64,000 nucleotides of DNA from Patescibacteria group bacterium (GTDB lineage: Bacteria > Patescibacteriota > Microgenomatia > JAMCZE01), in NCBI GenBank assembly GCA_023380635.1, contig JAMCRP010000001.1, forward strand, positions 469,200-533,199. Direction: 5' to 3'. Of the stretch, positions 37,356 to 46,878 are shown one piece after another. The notes beneath the pieces were generated by a model, which searched no databases, had not been told where the DNA came from, and saw only the letters and a list, made by a program, of their open reading frames with translations. Positions within the stretch are counted from its first letter, which is position 1. Every line of letters begins with the position of its first letter. The position numbers and the translations under genes were made by a program.

Positions 37356-38078
37356 ATGCCAAGAATTGCCGTTGATAACTTAGAGCCGGATAGTAAGTCT
37401 GTTCTCACCCAACCGGTTGAAGTAAAACCGGAAAAGACAACGCTGGCTGAGCCGCCCGCGCTGGCCAACAGCCAGATTAAAAACGAAACCGCGGTCGATA
37501 AAGAATTGGAAGAAAAATCAGGAACCTCGCTTTTGGCTGCCTTTAAAGCCTTTCCCCAAAGCATTACTTTTTCCGATAAAGAACCCGACGAGGATATTAT
37601 TCTTCTCTTGCGAGCCCATATCATTACGACTTTACCCTGGATTTTAGCAACCCTGGGGCTAATTGTTTTGCCTTTAATTATTCTGCCCCTGGTGTCAATG
37701 CTCCATTTACCGGTTAACCCGGGCACGGTTTTTGTCTTTTTTCTGCTTTGGTACGCTGGGACTTTTTCCTACGCCTTTATTAATTTTTTGTCTTGGTATT
37801 TTAATGTTTATATCGTCACTTCTGGACGGGTGGTGGATGTTGACTGGTACTCGATTATTTACCGCAAAGTGAGTGCGGCCCAGATCAGTCACATCGAGGA
37901 TGTCAGCTCCAGCGCCATCGGCGTTCTGGCCGGGGTTTTCGATTACGGAAATGTGGCTATCCAGACGGCGGCAGAAGAGGAAAATTTTGAGTTTGAAGCT
38001 GTCCCGCATCCCCAGTTGGTTTCCAAAAAAATTCAGGAATTAATGGAAATCGAAGACCAGGAAAAAGAGGGAAGATAG
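37356..38078 (+). CDS. Bacterial PH-domain membrane protein
   Basis: 'E.I..L.R.H', two TMs, 'Y.VT..RV.D', 'I.DV', 'DYG.V.IQTA', 'VP.P'. Confidence 0.8.
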   Translation: MPRIAVDNLEPDSKSVLTQPVEVKPEKTTLAEPPALANSQIKNETAVDKELEEKSGTSLLAAFKAFPQSITFSDKEPDEDIILLLRAHIITTLPWILATLGLIVLPLIILPLVSMLHLPVNPGTVFVFFLLWYAGTFSYAFINFLSWYFNVYIVTSGRVVDVDWYSIIYRKVSAAQISHIEDVSSSAIGVLAGVFDYGNVAIQTAAEEENFEFEAVPHPQLVSKKIQELMEIEDQEKEGR

Positions 38079-38079
38079 T

Positions 38080-38298
38080 ATGGAGCTGCTTAATCTTTTA
38101 CAATTTAGCATTTTTATTAAGCTTTTCTTTGCGGTTCTGATGCTTTTGTACTTTGTTTTTACAGTAGTGGTTTACCGGCAGATTGTCCTTATGACCCAGG
38201 TGCTGAACAGCAAGATCTCTCCGCTGTTTAAGATGATAGCTTTGGGGCAAGTTGTGGCTGTAGGAATTCTTTTCTTTCTAGGGATATTGCTGGTTTAG
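38080..38298 (+). CDS. Small membrane protein, DUF5657-like
   Basis: Two TMs with 'YF.F..VV.RQI.LM...L'. Confidence 0.65.
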   Translation: MELLNLLQFSIFIKLFFAVLMLLYFVFTVVVYRQIVLMTQVLNSKISPLFKMIALGQVVAVGILFFLGILLV

Positions 38299-38849
38299 TT
38301 GCAAGCGCTCCATAATCCGCGATCCTGAAATTTAGCTTCTTCAGCGGCGGCATTAAACTGGCTGGCAAAATGCAAATCGGGGGCAAGGGGCAGAGGTCTA
38401 GCATAACCCTGCCGCACAAGATAATCATTCACAAAGATTTCCCGGCCGGAACTGTCAGTGGCGTAGACATAGCGCAGTAATCGGCCGTATTTATCCCGGT
38501 TGGTGGTGTCTTTTTCCAGACGGATAGTTTTACCCGCCAGTAATTTTTCGTTTTCGGCTTTAGCTTCCGGGGCAAAACATTGGGGTTGCTTATTCATGTC
38601 TGCCATTTCCGGAGTATTAATCCCGATGTAGCGCACCCGCCGGCCATCGGTTAAAGCAATGGTGTCACCGTCTATAACTTTAGCCACGGTGGGATTTTCT
38701 ACTGTTTCACTAACTTCAGCCGAGGTTTGCTGGTCGAGGATTAACTGCGCGCCCAGACCGGAGGTAGCCACCCGGGCTAGGATTAAAGCGCAAGCGACCA
38801 GAATAAGGCCACATGAGGAAAGAACAAGAAAACTGTGCTTTTGGTCCAT
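38295..38849 (-). CDS. Thermonuclease (SNase) family protein, membrane-anchored
   Basis: 'VIDGDTI', 'VR.IGI.TPE', 'DKYGRLL.YV', 'LV..GYA', 'GLW'. Confidence 0.93.
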   Translation of the reverse strand: MDQKHSFLVLSSCGLILVACALILARVATSGLGAQLILDQQTSAEVSETVENPTVAKVIDGDTIALTDGRRVRYIGINTPEMADMNKQPQCFAPEAKAENEKLLAGKTIRLEKDTTNRDKYGRLLRYVYATDSSGREIFVNDYLVRQGYARPLPLAPDLHFASQFNAAAEEAKFQDRGLWSACN

Positions 38850-38915
38850 TAATTAATATTACCAGTTTTTATGGGGCCGTGGTGGTTGGCAGGGGCGAGG
38901 CCACGAGGGTGGTAG

Positions 38916-39617
38916 CTACCGCGGCGCGTTCACGGCAGCGGAAGGTGTTGCTACTGGTGGGGTTGGCTGGGAGAAGTCTTTAACCAGGGTTACTTCGGTA
39001 ATGGTGTTGAGTTTGTTATCCCACATTCCTCGAATCATCACCCGGTGGCCGGCGATAATTGTTGAGGGGTTAATCGTTTTCATCCGGCGGTCGAGATACC
39101 GGGTAGTTTTGCCGGCAGTGACTGTCTGTTGAGGCCGGGCCAGAGGCTGGAAAATAAAGCCGGTGGCGTTTGTACTAACAATTGTTCCTACAAAAGTGCC
39201 CCGGCGTTTTTGGATGGAAATATCGCGGACCAGCCGGGCGTTCACGGCGGTTTGGGTGGTGTTGGTCCATTTGCCGAAAGCTTGCACCTGGTCGCCGACA
39301 CTAAATTCTGAAAAAGCCGATCTGGCCCCGAACTGGCGCAACAAAATTGTTGTCGGCGTTAAGTTTACCGTCACGCCGTTAATGACGAAATTATTGGTGC
39401 CCAGAGAAGAAATCGTTCCGGCGAGTTTGGCAATTGTGCTTCGCGTTTGCGCCTGCGCAGTGATTTTTTCCTGAAGCTGACCGGCACTACTAGCTGCTCT
39501 GACTGAATTGTTGACTATGGGTGGGGTAACCGTAGTGACCACAGCGAAAGCCGTCGAACTGGCTAAAACAGTGGAAGTTAAAAAGACGACGGAACCGGTT
39601 AAAAATTTTCTGGTCAT
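38916..39617 (-). CDS. Secreted hypothetical protein with tandem DUF5666-like domains
   Basis: Signal peptide ending AFA; two repeats 'G.I.S......F' and 'GD.V...G.W'. Confidence 0.6.
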   Translation of the reverse strand: MTRKFLTGSVVFLTSTVLASSTAFAVVTTVTPPIVNNSVRAASSAGQLQEKITAQAQTRSTIAKLAGTISSLGTNNFVINGVTVNLTPTTILLRQFGARSAFSEFSVGDQVQAFGKWTNTTQTAVNARLVRDISIQKRRGTFVGTIVSTNATGFIFQPLARPQQTVTAGKTTRYLDRRMKTINPSTIIAGHRVMIRGMWDNKLNTITEVTLVKDFSQPTPPVATPSAAVNAPR

Positions 39618-40255
39618 GAGCCGGCAGGCTGATAGGTAACGGTTAATTCCCGTTCGGAGGTTTGGCCGTTTTCATCAACGGCGTCAATCACTATGGGATT
39701 ATCGCCTTCAGACAGGGTAAGAGTAGCCGAGAATTTGCCGGTGGCGTCGGCTTTAGTATCAATTTCATTAACGGATACATCAGCCCTGGCGGAAGTGGTT
39801 CCGGTAACTTTGATAGTAGCTGTGGTTACGGTCACATTGTTTACTGGTGTGGCAATCGTTAAAGGAATTTCGTCAATTGGTTGCGGCGAGGCGGGGGGCT
39901 GGGGAGCTGTAGGTGGAGTTTGAGTTGGGGTTTTTGGCACCAGCGGCGGATTAGCGGCTGGAGTCGTTGTTTGAGCTTTATTGCCGGTTAAGCTGCCAAG
40001 CATTTGCGGGTTGGACATGATCAAAAAAGCGCCGGCGCCAACCAAGACAACGACTAAAATGATCCCTGCAATGGCTAAAAAGTTCCATTTGTCGGAAGAA
40101 GCCTCTGCTGCTACCGGTGGAGGATTAACCGAGACTGTTTGTCCAACCGGATTAGCAGACGGGGGAGTAATAGGTGTGGGTGCAGGTGACGGAGCAACAG
40201 GAGCAGCGGGATTGGTTGGTCCTGACTGGGCCGGGGTAGTATTTGCAGAATCCAT
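39614..40255 (-). CDS. Membrane-anchored Pro-rich protein with C-terminal Ig-like domain
   Basis: Pro-rich N-terminus, one TM, 'V.G.T...A.V.VN...G.F....L.EG.N.I.I.A.D..G'. Promoter TTGACA-N18-TAAACT lies 6 nt upstream. Confidence 0.72.
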   Translation of the reverse strand: MDSANTTPAQSGPTNPAAPVAPSPAPTPITPPSANPVGQTVSVNPPPVAAEASSDKWNFLAIAGIILVVVLVGAGAFLIMSNPQMLGSLTGNKAQTTTPAANPPLVPKTPTQTPPTAPQPPASPQPIDEIPLTIATPVNNVTVTTATIKVTGTTSARADVSVNEIDTKADATGKFSATLTLSEGDNPIVIDAVDENGQTSERELTVTYQPAGS

Positions 40256-40304
40256 GGAATTAGTTTAGCCAAATTGGAAAACAGATGTCAAGTGGCGAGG
40301 AAGT

Positions 40305-41423
40305 TTATGATTTTAAAGAAGCCAGTATCTCTTCTGCCTGTTGTTGGAGGCTTGGCTGGCCAGCCTGAGACATTTCTAAAATAAAATCTTTGAGAGTGTC
40401 GGGGGTTGGAACAATTTTCAATAAATCAAAGTGTAGCTGGTTACGAAGACCGGGGTCGTCGACCTGAAGCCAGGATTTTTGAGCCAGAGCGGTGATGACG
40501 GCGGTTTTGTTGGCGGTTTTAGTGATGTTTTCCAGATAATCCACCATTTCTTTCTGGTAGGCCTGGTACTCCGGGTCCTGACTAAAGCTCCAGTCTGTGG
40601 CTGTTTGCGCGCTCAAATGAATATCCTGGCGGACCAGATTATCCGCCGGCTTAACGACGACTTCGATGTTGGCCGGATCTTTATAAATCCCGCTGGCGAT
40701 AATTTCTGCCAGTAATTTTTTGGCGTCGTTATAAGAAATATCCGTATCGATAGTTTTAAAGCCCAGATATTTAATCGGCTCCGGCAAGGCATTAATCTGG
40801 TCCAGGTGTTGGACTAACATATCTTTGAGAAAATTGGCCTGGTTAAAACTACGCTGGTTGTCGCCGATGGCGTAGTCATGCCGGTCGCGAAGAAACTGTA
40901 AAGTGGGTGATGGAGGTAAACCTAGTAATCTAAATGCCCCCATGGTTTGGGAAAAACCGGTTTTGACAGTGTAGTCGGCGGGGATGCCGGTGATCTTTTC
41001 GATTTCCTTTTTGGCGGTATCAAAACCGTAAATCGAACACACATTGGCAATAATATTTCCATCTTTAGAAATAGTGCCGCGGGGAACGGAAGTGATAATT
41101 ATTTTGCCTTGGCTTGGCAAAAAGCTAACCGTATGAATGGCGTCACAGCGGGCGGACTTGTCGCCCTTGCGCGAATCCAGACCCAAAAGCAAAATACTGG
41201 TATCTTTAAGCGGTTCGGCCATGGTGGCAGTGCCCAAAACGGCGGCAAAATGGCCGGAAGCGGCCGGGATTTTTGCTTGAGCGAGATAAACCGGGACAGA
41301 ATGATTGGAGTTAGCAATAATTTGTTCCTGGTGAACTTGAAAAGCCAAGGAAGCTCCGGTTAGAGAGAAAAATAATAAAAAGAGAAATAGGAAGCTGCCT
41401 TTAAAAAACGACGGCCAGTGCAT
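40305..41423 (-). CDS. LCP (LytR-CpsA-Psr) family protein, divergent
   Basis: 'ILLLGLDSR.G....RCDAI', 'SVPR', 'FLR.R.....GD..R..NQ'. Confidence 0.78.
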   Translation of the reverse strand: MHWPSFFKGSFLFLFLLFFSLTGASLAFQVHQEQIIANSNHSVPVYLAQAKIPAASGHFAAVLGTATMAEPLKDTSILLLGLDSRKGDKSARCDAIHTVSFLPSQGKIIITSVPRGTISKDGNIIANVCSIYGFDTAKKEIEKITGIPADYTVKTGFSQTMGAFRLLGLPPSPTLQFLRDRHDYAIGDNQRSFNQANFLKDMLVQHLDQINALPEPIKYLGFKTIDTDISYNDAKKLLAEIIASGIYKDPANIEVVVKPADNLVRQDIHLSAQTATDWSFSQDPEYQAYQKEMVDYLENITKTANKTAVITALAQKSWLQVDDPGLRNQLHFDLLKIVPTPDTLKDFILEMSQAGQPSLQQQAEEILASLKS

Positions 41424-41440
41424 GAAACCATTGTAGCGAT

Positions 41441-42013
41441 TTATTGCTGAATTTGCTCGAGAATATGATAGCTGACAATGGCAGCGGACATAGCCACATT
41501 GTGGGAATTGCCCATCCCTAACATCGGAATTTCCACGACTAAATCCGATTTTTCTAACAGATCATCTTCCACGCCGGTGCGTTCGTGGCCAAAGATTAAA
41601 GCGACGGGTTTTTTATACTTTGCTTCCCGAAAATCGATGCTCTGATCCGTTTGCTCGACGGAGACGCGTTGGTAACCGGACCGGCGTAAATCCGCTATTA
41701 ATCCATGAATATCTTCGGTTTTCTCCCAAGGTACGAAGGGGACCAATTTAATCGCGGTTTTTTCAATTTCCTTTTCGGCGTGGTTAACAATCCGTTCGTC
41801 ACGGGTGTCGTTTTCCAGCCGCGGATAGCCGGTGTAGCCGGTCAAATAAACTTTTTCTGCCCGGATGGCGTCAGCCAATCTAAAGAATAATCCCACGTTT
41901 TGTAACGAGCGGATGTTATGCAAAACAAAAACGATGGGATTTCGTTTCAAATTAGTAAAATCAGCCTCGTTTGGCTTTTGCGCCACTAGCTCATCAGTGG
42001 TATACTTGTGCAT
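41441..42013 (-). CDS. SpoU/TrmH family RNA methyltransferase
   Basis: 'L.NIRS..NVG..FR.ADA', 'FG.E..G', 'IPM.G...S.NV'. Confidence 0.92.
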   Translation of the reverse strand: MHKYTTDELVAQKPNEADFTNLKRNPIVFVLHNIRSLQNVGLFFRLADAIRAEKVYLTGYTGYPRLENDTRDERIVNHAEKEIEKTAIKLVPFVPWEKTEDIHGLIADLRRSGYQRVSVEQTDQSIDFREAKYKKPVALIFGHERTGVEDDLLEKSDLVVEIPMLGMGNSHNVAMSAAIVSYHILEQIQQ

Positions 42014-42074
42014 GAAGCTATTCTACTTCTTGAGGGACAGGCTTACCATCCTCTAGTAAGCCAAAGCTCAAACT

Positions 42075-42569
42075 ATGACCGACCATCATATCGACCAATT
42101 TCGTTCGCCGACCCTGGGGTTAATGGATTTGCCGCGGCTTGTTGACCGGGTGGTAAGTTTTATTGAAAAAGAAAATAATTCCCACTTCAAAATCGTTATT
42201 GGGACGGATTCAGAATTAACCGATCGCCAGACGGCCCATTTTGTGTCCGCGGTTGTGGTCCATCATGTGGGTCACGGTGGGGTCTATTTCTGGGGTCAGG
42301 TGACTAAAAGCGGCATCAAAGACCTCCGGCAACGGATGTATGAAGAGGCGACCTACTCATTAACCCTGGCTCAGCGCCTCTTAGATGAGTTTAAATTAAG
42401 GGAGTTACCTTTGGACAAGCTTCTAGAAATCCATGTGGATATCGGCCAAAACGGGGATACCAAAATGATGATTAACGAAATTGTGGGAATGATCCGCGGC
42501 AGTGGTTTTATCTGTAAAACCAAACCCGACAGTTTTGGAGCTTCTAATGTTGCCGACCGCCACACGTAA
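42075..42569 (+). CDS. RNase H-like YkuK / DUF458 family protein
   Basis: 'IGTDS', 'R.Y.EA..S', 'EIHVDIG.NG.T', 'KP.S..AS.VADRH'. Confidence 0.9.
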   Translation: MTDHHIDQFRSPTLGLMDLPRLVDRVVSFIEKENNSHFKIVIGTDSELTDRQTAHFVSAVVVHHVGHGGVYFWGQVTKSGIKDLRQRMYEEATYSLTLAQRLLDEFKLRELPLDKLLEIHVDIGQNGDTKMMINEIVGMIRGSGFICKTKPDSFGASNVADRHT

Positions 42570-42572
42570 CTC

Positions 42573-42698
42573 GTGCCTTTGCTCGCTAAATTGTTTTCGC
42601 GCTCGGCCGCTATGGCGAGGTACCAAGTGCCTGCGCAGCTTACCCTCGCGCTGCAAAAATTTAGCTCACCGGCGCTACAGTTCTTGCTTCGCTCGAAC
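42573..42698. repeat. Nested long hairpin between convergent genes, plus a small REP-like hairpin in the pyrD 3' end
   Basis: GTGCC/GGCGC, GCTAAATT(42585)/AATTTAGC(42658), GCGAGG(42615)/CCTCGC(42644); GTTCTTGCTTCGCTCGAAC at 42680-42698. Confidence 0.55.
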
Positions 42699-43748
42699 GA
42701 TAAATGCGTTAATGCTTCCTACTAATTGTGGTCCTTCGTAAATCATACCAGTAATCAGCTGGACTAAATTGGCTCCGGAATCTAGCCTCTCTAAAGCGTC
42801 TTCGGGGGTAAAAATGCCGCCGGTGCTGATAAGGGCGACGCTTTCTCCAAACTTCTGGCGGGTATGCGCCACTAAATTTTTGGCATTGGCGGCGACCGGT
42901 TTGCCGCTAAAACTGCCTTTGTGATTCTGATATTTGGTTACCTCTTCAGAATTAAGAATGGGATTGTCGCGCCTCTTCACTAAATTAGAAAAAATAAAGC
43001 CGCGAATGCCCAACTTAAGGGCAATTTGGACTAATTTATCGCTTTCGACCACAGTAATCTCGTTAGGCATTTTGATAAAGATTGGTTGTCTAATTTTTAG
43101 AGTTTTTACGGCGACTAATAATTTCTGAAAGTTTTTTGGATTAGTAAACGATTCGGACATGGCCGTGTTGGGGCAGCTAATATTGAGTTCAAAATATTTG
43201 ACGTAAGGTTTATTTTTGAAAACATTAAAAGTAAACAGATAATCTTCAATAGCCTTGGGAATCGTATTAATCTCCGGTAAATTGGAGCTGCCAACGCTAA
43301 TTCCCAGGATTTGGCCATCCAGTTTCTTTTTGTCTAGACGCCTAGCTACAACTGCGGCACCACTGGACTTAAAACCTTTGTTAACCAGCAAACTCCCGGA
43401 CTTGGGTAAACGAGCCAGGCGGGGCGGGGGATTGCCGGGATAGGCTTTCGCCGTGACCGTCCCCACGGTGTTAAACCCAAAACCCGTATCGGCAATAACC
43501 TTGGCCAGATGGCCGTCGTAATCGAACCCGGCGGCTAAACCAATAGGATTAGGAAACTCCAGCCCCAGGACTTTTCTTTTTAAAGCGGGGTTTTGGTAAG
43601 CAAAAAGGGTTTGAACCACCGGTCCGGCGTTTTCTAGCAGTTCCCCAAAGTCAGTAAAAAGATTATGGATAAGTTCGGCGTCAAAAAGAAAAAAAACCGG
43701 CTTGGCCAAGTTTTTATAAAGCGCTTTTTCGAGTTGGGGTGTAAGCAT
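42675..43748 (-). CDS. pyrD: Quinone-dependent dihydroorotate dehydrogenase (class 2)
   Basis: 'F..DAE..H', 'NP.GLAAGFD', 'GTVT', 'GNP.PRL.RL', 'ELNISCPN', 'LVQL.T..IY.GP'. Confidence 0.93.
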   Translation of the reverse strand: MLTPQLEKALYKNLAKPVFFLFDAELIHNLFTDFGELLENAGPVVQTLFAYQNPALKRKVLGLEFPNPIGLAAGFDYDGHLAKVIADTGFGFNTVGTVTAKAYPGNPPPRLARLPKSGSLLVNKGFKSSGAAVVARRLDKKKLDGQILGISVGSSNLPEINTIPKAIEDYLFTFNVFKNKPYVKYFELNISCPNTAMSESFTNPKNFQKLLVAVKTLKIRQPIFIKMPNEITVVESDKLVQIALKLGIRGFIFSNLVKRRDNPILNSEEVTKYQNHKGSFSGKPVAANAKNLVAHTRQKFGESVALISTGGIFTPEDALERLDSGANLVQLITGMIYEGPQLVGSINAFIVRAKQEL

Positions 43749-43772
43749 TAGAGTTATTATATCGGTTATAGT

Positions 43773-46211
43773 TTACGGCTGCTTATTATTTTCCGGAGGG
43801 TGCAGGATTTTGTCGACCTCTTCTTTGGTAAAGTTGCACGCGGTTTTAGGTTCAGTGCCCTTGATAAAGTATTCAGTCTTGGTCGGACAATTCTCGCAAG
43901 GCAACAAGCCATTCAGGCTGCAGACCTGGATCGGAATAATATTATCCGGGCGGGCCACGCCTTCATCAGGTTTGCCGGCGAGCAAATATTTCATGATCGG
44001 ATTCCAGACAGCCGCCGCTCCGCTGTTGCCGGATTCGAGAGCCGCTCCCATGGGTGAATTATCGTTGTTACCTACCCAAACAGCAGCCAGTATACTGGGA
44101 GTGTAGCCAATCGTCCAGTTATCCCGTTTGTCTTCCGTTGTACCCGTTTTAACGCTGACCGTCCGGCCGGGGATAACCAGGTTGCTGTTGGGACCAAAAG
44201 TGGGTGTCCGGGCGGAATTATCGGCAAGAATGTCGCTAATGAGAAAGGCGGTTTGTGGCGAAATAACCTGAGTGCTTTGAGGAACGCTATTAAAGCCAAG
44301 ATGATCTTCCAAAACTTTTCCCCGATAGTCCGTAATTTTTTCGATGGGGTTTAAATCCACTCTTTTCCCGCCGGTGGCAAAAGCGCTGTAGGCGGTAGCC
44401 AAATCCATCATTGTCACTTCGCCTCCACCCAGAGTTAATGACAGACCAAACCGGCTGCGGTCGGTCCAGGTGGTAATTCCCATCTTCTGGGCGAAATCAA
44501 TAAAATTGCCCACGCCGTTTTTTTCCAGAACTCTGACCGCCGGGATATTGTAGGAGCTCGCCAGGGCGGTGCGCACCGAAACCCGACCATGGAACCGGTT
44601 GTCGTAATTTTGTGGGGCGTAATCCGGACCGCCGGCACTGCGATAGACTACCGGCGAATCGTCGAGAATGGTTGACGGGGTAATAAAGCCTTTTTCAAAG
44701 GCTAGGGCATAGTTTAGGGGTTTAATCGAGGAACCAGGGGAACGGGCGGCCAGAGTGACATTAACATTGCCGTCATGAGCGCTGTCAAAAAAATTGACCG
44801 AGCCGACCATGGCCAGAATTTCTCCGGTCGCCGGGTTAGTGACCAGAGCTGCTCCGTTACCGACATTTAAACTTTTTTGGGCGACGACGCCGTCAGAAAT
44901 CATCTTGGTCACCTGTTCGTAAATACCATAATCCAAGCTGGTAGTAACTTCCAGTCCACCTTGTTCGACTGTCCGTGCCCCATATTTTTTGGTCAGATAA
45001 TCGCGGACATACATGACAAAATGGGGGGCCTTAATGGCAGTTTCCGGGGGCGTAAAGTTAAGCGGTTGGGCTAAAGCGGCCACCAGCTGGTCGCCGTTAA
45101 TGTAGCCCTGGGAAGCCATGTCTTCAAGGACTTGTCTTTGGCGTTCGCGGGAGAGTTCCGGTCTGGTGCCAAAAGGCGAATAGGTCGTCGGGGCGGAAGT
45201 CAGTCCGGCCAAAAGTGCCGCCTCGCCCAGCGTTAAATCTTTGGCGTGTTTGCCGAAATAGGTTTGGGCGGCGGCATCAATGCCGTAAGCCGCGCCGCCA
45301 TAAGGAATCTGGTTAAGGTACATGGTTAAAATCTGGTCTTTGGAATAAAGCCGCTCTGCCCAGAAAGACAAAATTAATTCTTTAATTTTTCGCGACCAAG
45401 TCTTTTCCGGGGAAAGCAAAGCGGAGCGGATCAGCTGTTGGGTAATGGTGGAACCGCCCTGGACAATTTCTCCCTGGGAATTGGCAAACGCCGCCCGGGT
45501 AATGCCCGCCAGGTCAAAGCCCCAGTGGTGGTAAAAATTTTTGTCTTCAATCGCAATGGCAGCCTCCGGGACATATTTTGGCAAGTCGGAGAGGGCAATC
45601 ATGTTGCGGTTTTCCCCGGAATAAATTTGGTAAAGTAGGACGCCGTTTCGGTCATAAATTTTTGTCGAGACAGGAATGTCCCGGGCTGATAACAACTCTG
45701 GGTTAGGCAACTGGTCCAGTTCAAACTTGGCCCAGACGGGAATGAAAATAAAAAAAACGGCCAGGACCGCTCCAATTCCCAGGTAAGCCATTTTTTGCGG
45801 TAACCTCACGGAGCGGAAGCGAAAATTAATATAGAACCAGTTTGTCAGCCGGCGGATTTTGGTTTTTATCCGAGGTTTTTTGAAGCGGGGCAGGGGCAAT
45901 TTGGGCCAGGAAAATTCCGGCCAGTAAATTTTTGGCAGCGATTTTTGTGGAGGTTCAGGTAGTTCGGGAAACCGGAAATTTTTGGCTAAAGTGACGATCG
46001 GAGACAAAAACCAGAAGAGGGTTTTAATTAAACCTTCAAACAGGAAAACGATTTTCTGGCATAGTTTGATAGTTTCGTTGCCGAGCCAATAGATGGTCCA
46101 AACGAGAATTTTAATGGCGAACAAAACAGGAGTTCCGATGGCACTTAAAGTTTGCCCGGTTATTTTTAATAATTCTAGAAGCCAGTTTTTAGCATAATAA
46201 TGGGAAGACAT
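43773..46211 (-). CDS. Class A penicillin-binding protein (PBP1A family)
   Basis: Transglycosylase 'ED..FY.H.G.D', 'GGSTITQQL', 'RK..E'; transpeptidase 'GSSIKP', 'S.N', KTG. Long N-terminal extension. Confidence 0.95.
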   Translation of the reverse strand: MSSHYYAKNWLLELLKITGQTLSAIGTPVLFAIKILVWTIYWLGNETIKLCQKIVFLFEGLIKTLFWFLSPIVTLAKNFRFPELPEPPQKSLPKIYWPEFSWPKLPLPRFKKPRIKTKIRRLTNWFYINFRFRSVRLPQKMAYLGIGAVLAVFFIFIPVWAKFELDQLPNPELLSARDIPVSTKIYDRNGVLLYQIYSGENRNMIALSDLPKYVPEAAIAIEDKNFYHHWGFDLAGITRAAFANSQGEIVQGGSTITQQLIRSALLSPEKTWSRKIKELILSFWAERLYSKDQILTMYLNQIPYGGAAYGIDAAAQTYFGKHAKDLTLGEAALLAGLTSAPTTYSPFGTRPELSRERQRQVLEDMASQGYINGDQLVAALAQPLNFTPPETAIKAPHFVMYVRDYLTKKYGARTVEQGGLEVTTSLDYGIYEQVTKMISDGVVAQKSLNVGNGAALVTNPATGEILAMVGSVNFFDSAHDGNVNVTLAARSPGSSIKPLNYALAFEKGFITPSTILDDSPVVYRSAGGPDYAPQNYDNRFHGRVSVRTALASSYNIPAVRVLEKNGVGNFIDFAQKMGITTWTDRSRFGLSLTLGGGEVTMMDLATAYSAFATGGKRVDLNPIEKITDYRGKVLEDHLGFNSVPQSTQVISPQTAFLISDILADNSARTPTFGPNSNLVIPGRTVSVKTGTTEDKRDNWTIGYTPSILAAVWVGNNDNSPMGAALESGNSGAAAVWNPIMKYLLAGKPDEGVARPDNIIPIQVCSLNGLLPCENCPTKTEYFIKGTEPKTACNFTKEEVDKILHPPENNKQP

Positions 46212-46313
46212 TCCACACTTAACAAAAACGGATCCCGAAGTTTGCTTCCCAAAGCTAGCCTGATTATTAACAAACTTTTTCCGTTTGGCAATAGGGAAAA
46301 AGTAAGAAGTTTG

Positions 46314-46829
46314 TTAAGTGGTGGGGAGACGGATAGCGTCGAGAATCTGGGGACTGGGGACACAGTAAGCCATGAGTAAAAATGCTTCCTGATACTGGTA
46401 AAGTTTTTCCCGGCCCTTCTCGGCTTCCAGACTTTCGGGGTCCCGATAGGTTAATTCAAAATTATTTCCACGGCCAAAGTGTAAGGGTAACGGTTTAGGG
46501 TTTTCTTTCCAGTCCCGCGGAAGCAAACAAACGGAACAGCGGGTGTTAGGCTGACCGGGATAAGGATCAAAAGAAATATGAATAATTTCGTTCTTAACGA
46601 AAGGCTGCGGACACCGAACTACCTGATAGTTATTCAGCGGACCCTGATTTGTTTTAGCTACCACCAGGGTAGTTTCTTTATTCTGATCAATTTCAAAAAG
46701 TAAAGCGGTCAAGTTAAAACCCGGCCGGGTGATAGTAATTTGGCCCAAAATGTCAGTGCAACTATCTTGCTGGATTGGGTGGAGAGAGGGTGGGGCGACA
46801 CGAGACAGCCCTTGCGTTTCGGTAATCAT
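46314..46829 (-). CDS. Hypothetical protein between the two PBP genes
   Basis: 171-aa ORF co-oriented with its neighbours; no recognisable motif. Confidence 0.55.
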   Translation of the reverse strand: MITETQGLSRVAPPSLHPIQQDSCTDILGQITITRPGFNLTALLFEIDQNKETTLVVAKTNQGPLNNYQVVRCPQPFVKNEIIHISFDPYPGQPNTRCSVCLLPRDWKENPKPLPLHFGRGNNFELTYRDPESLEAEKGREKLYQYQEAFLLMAYCVPSPQILDAIRLPTT

Positions 46830-46878
46830 TGCTATAAAGCCACATTAACAGAAGCTAGCGGTTCTGGCAAGAATTAGA

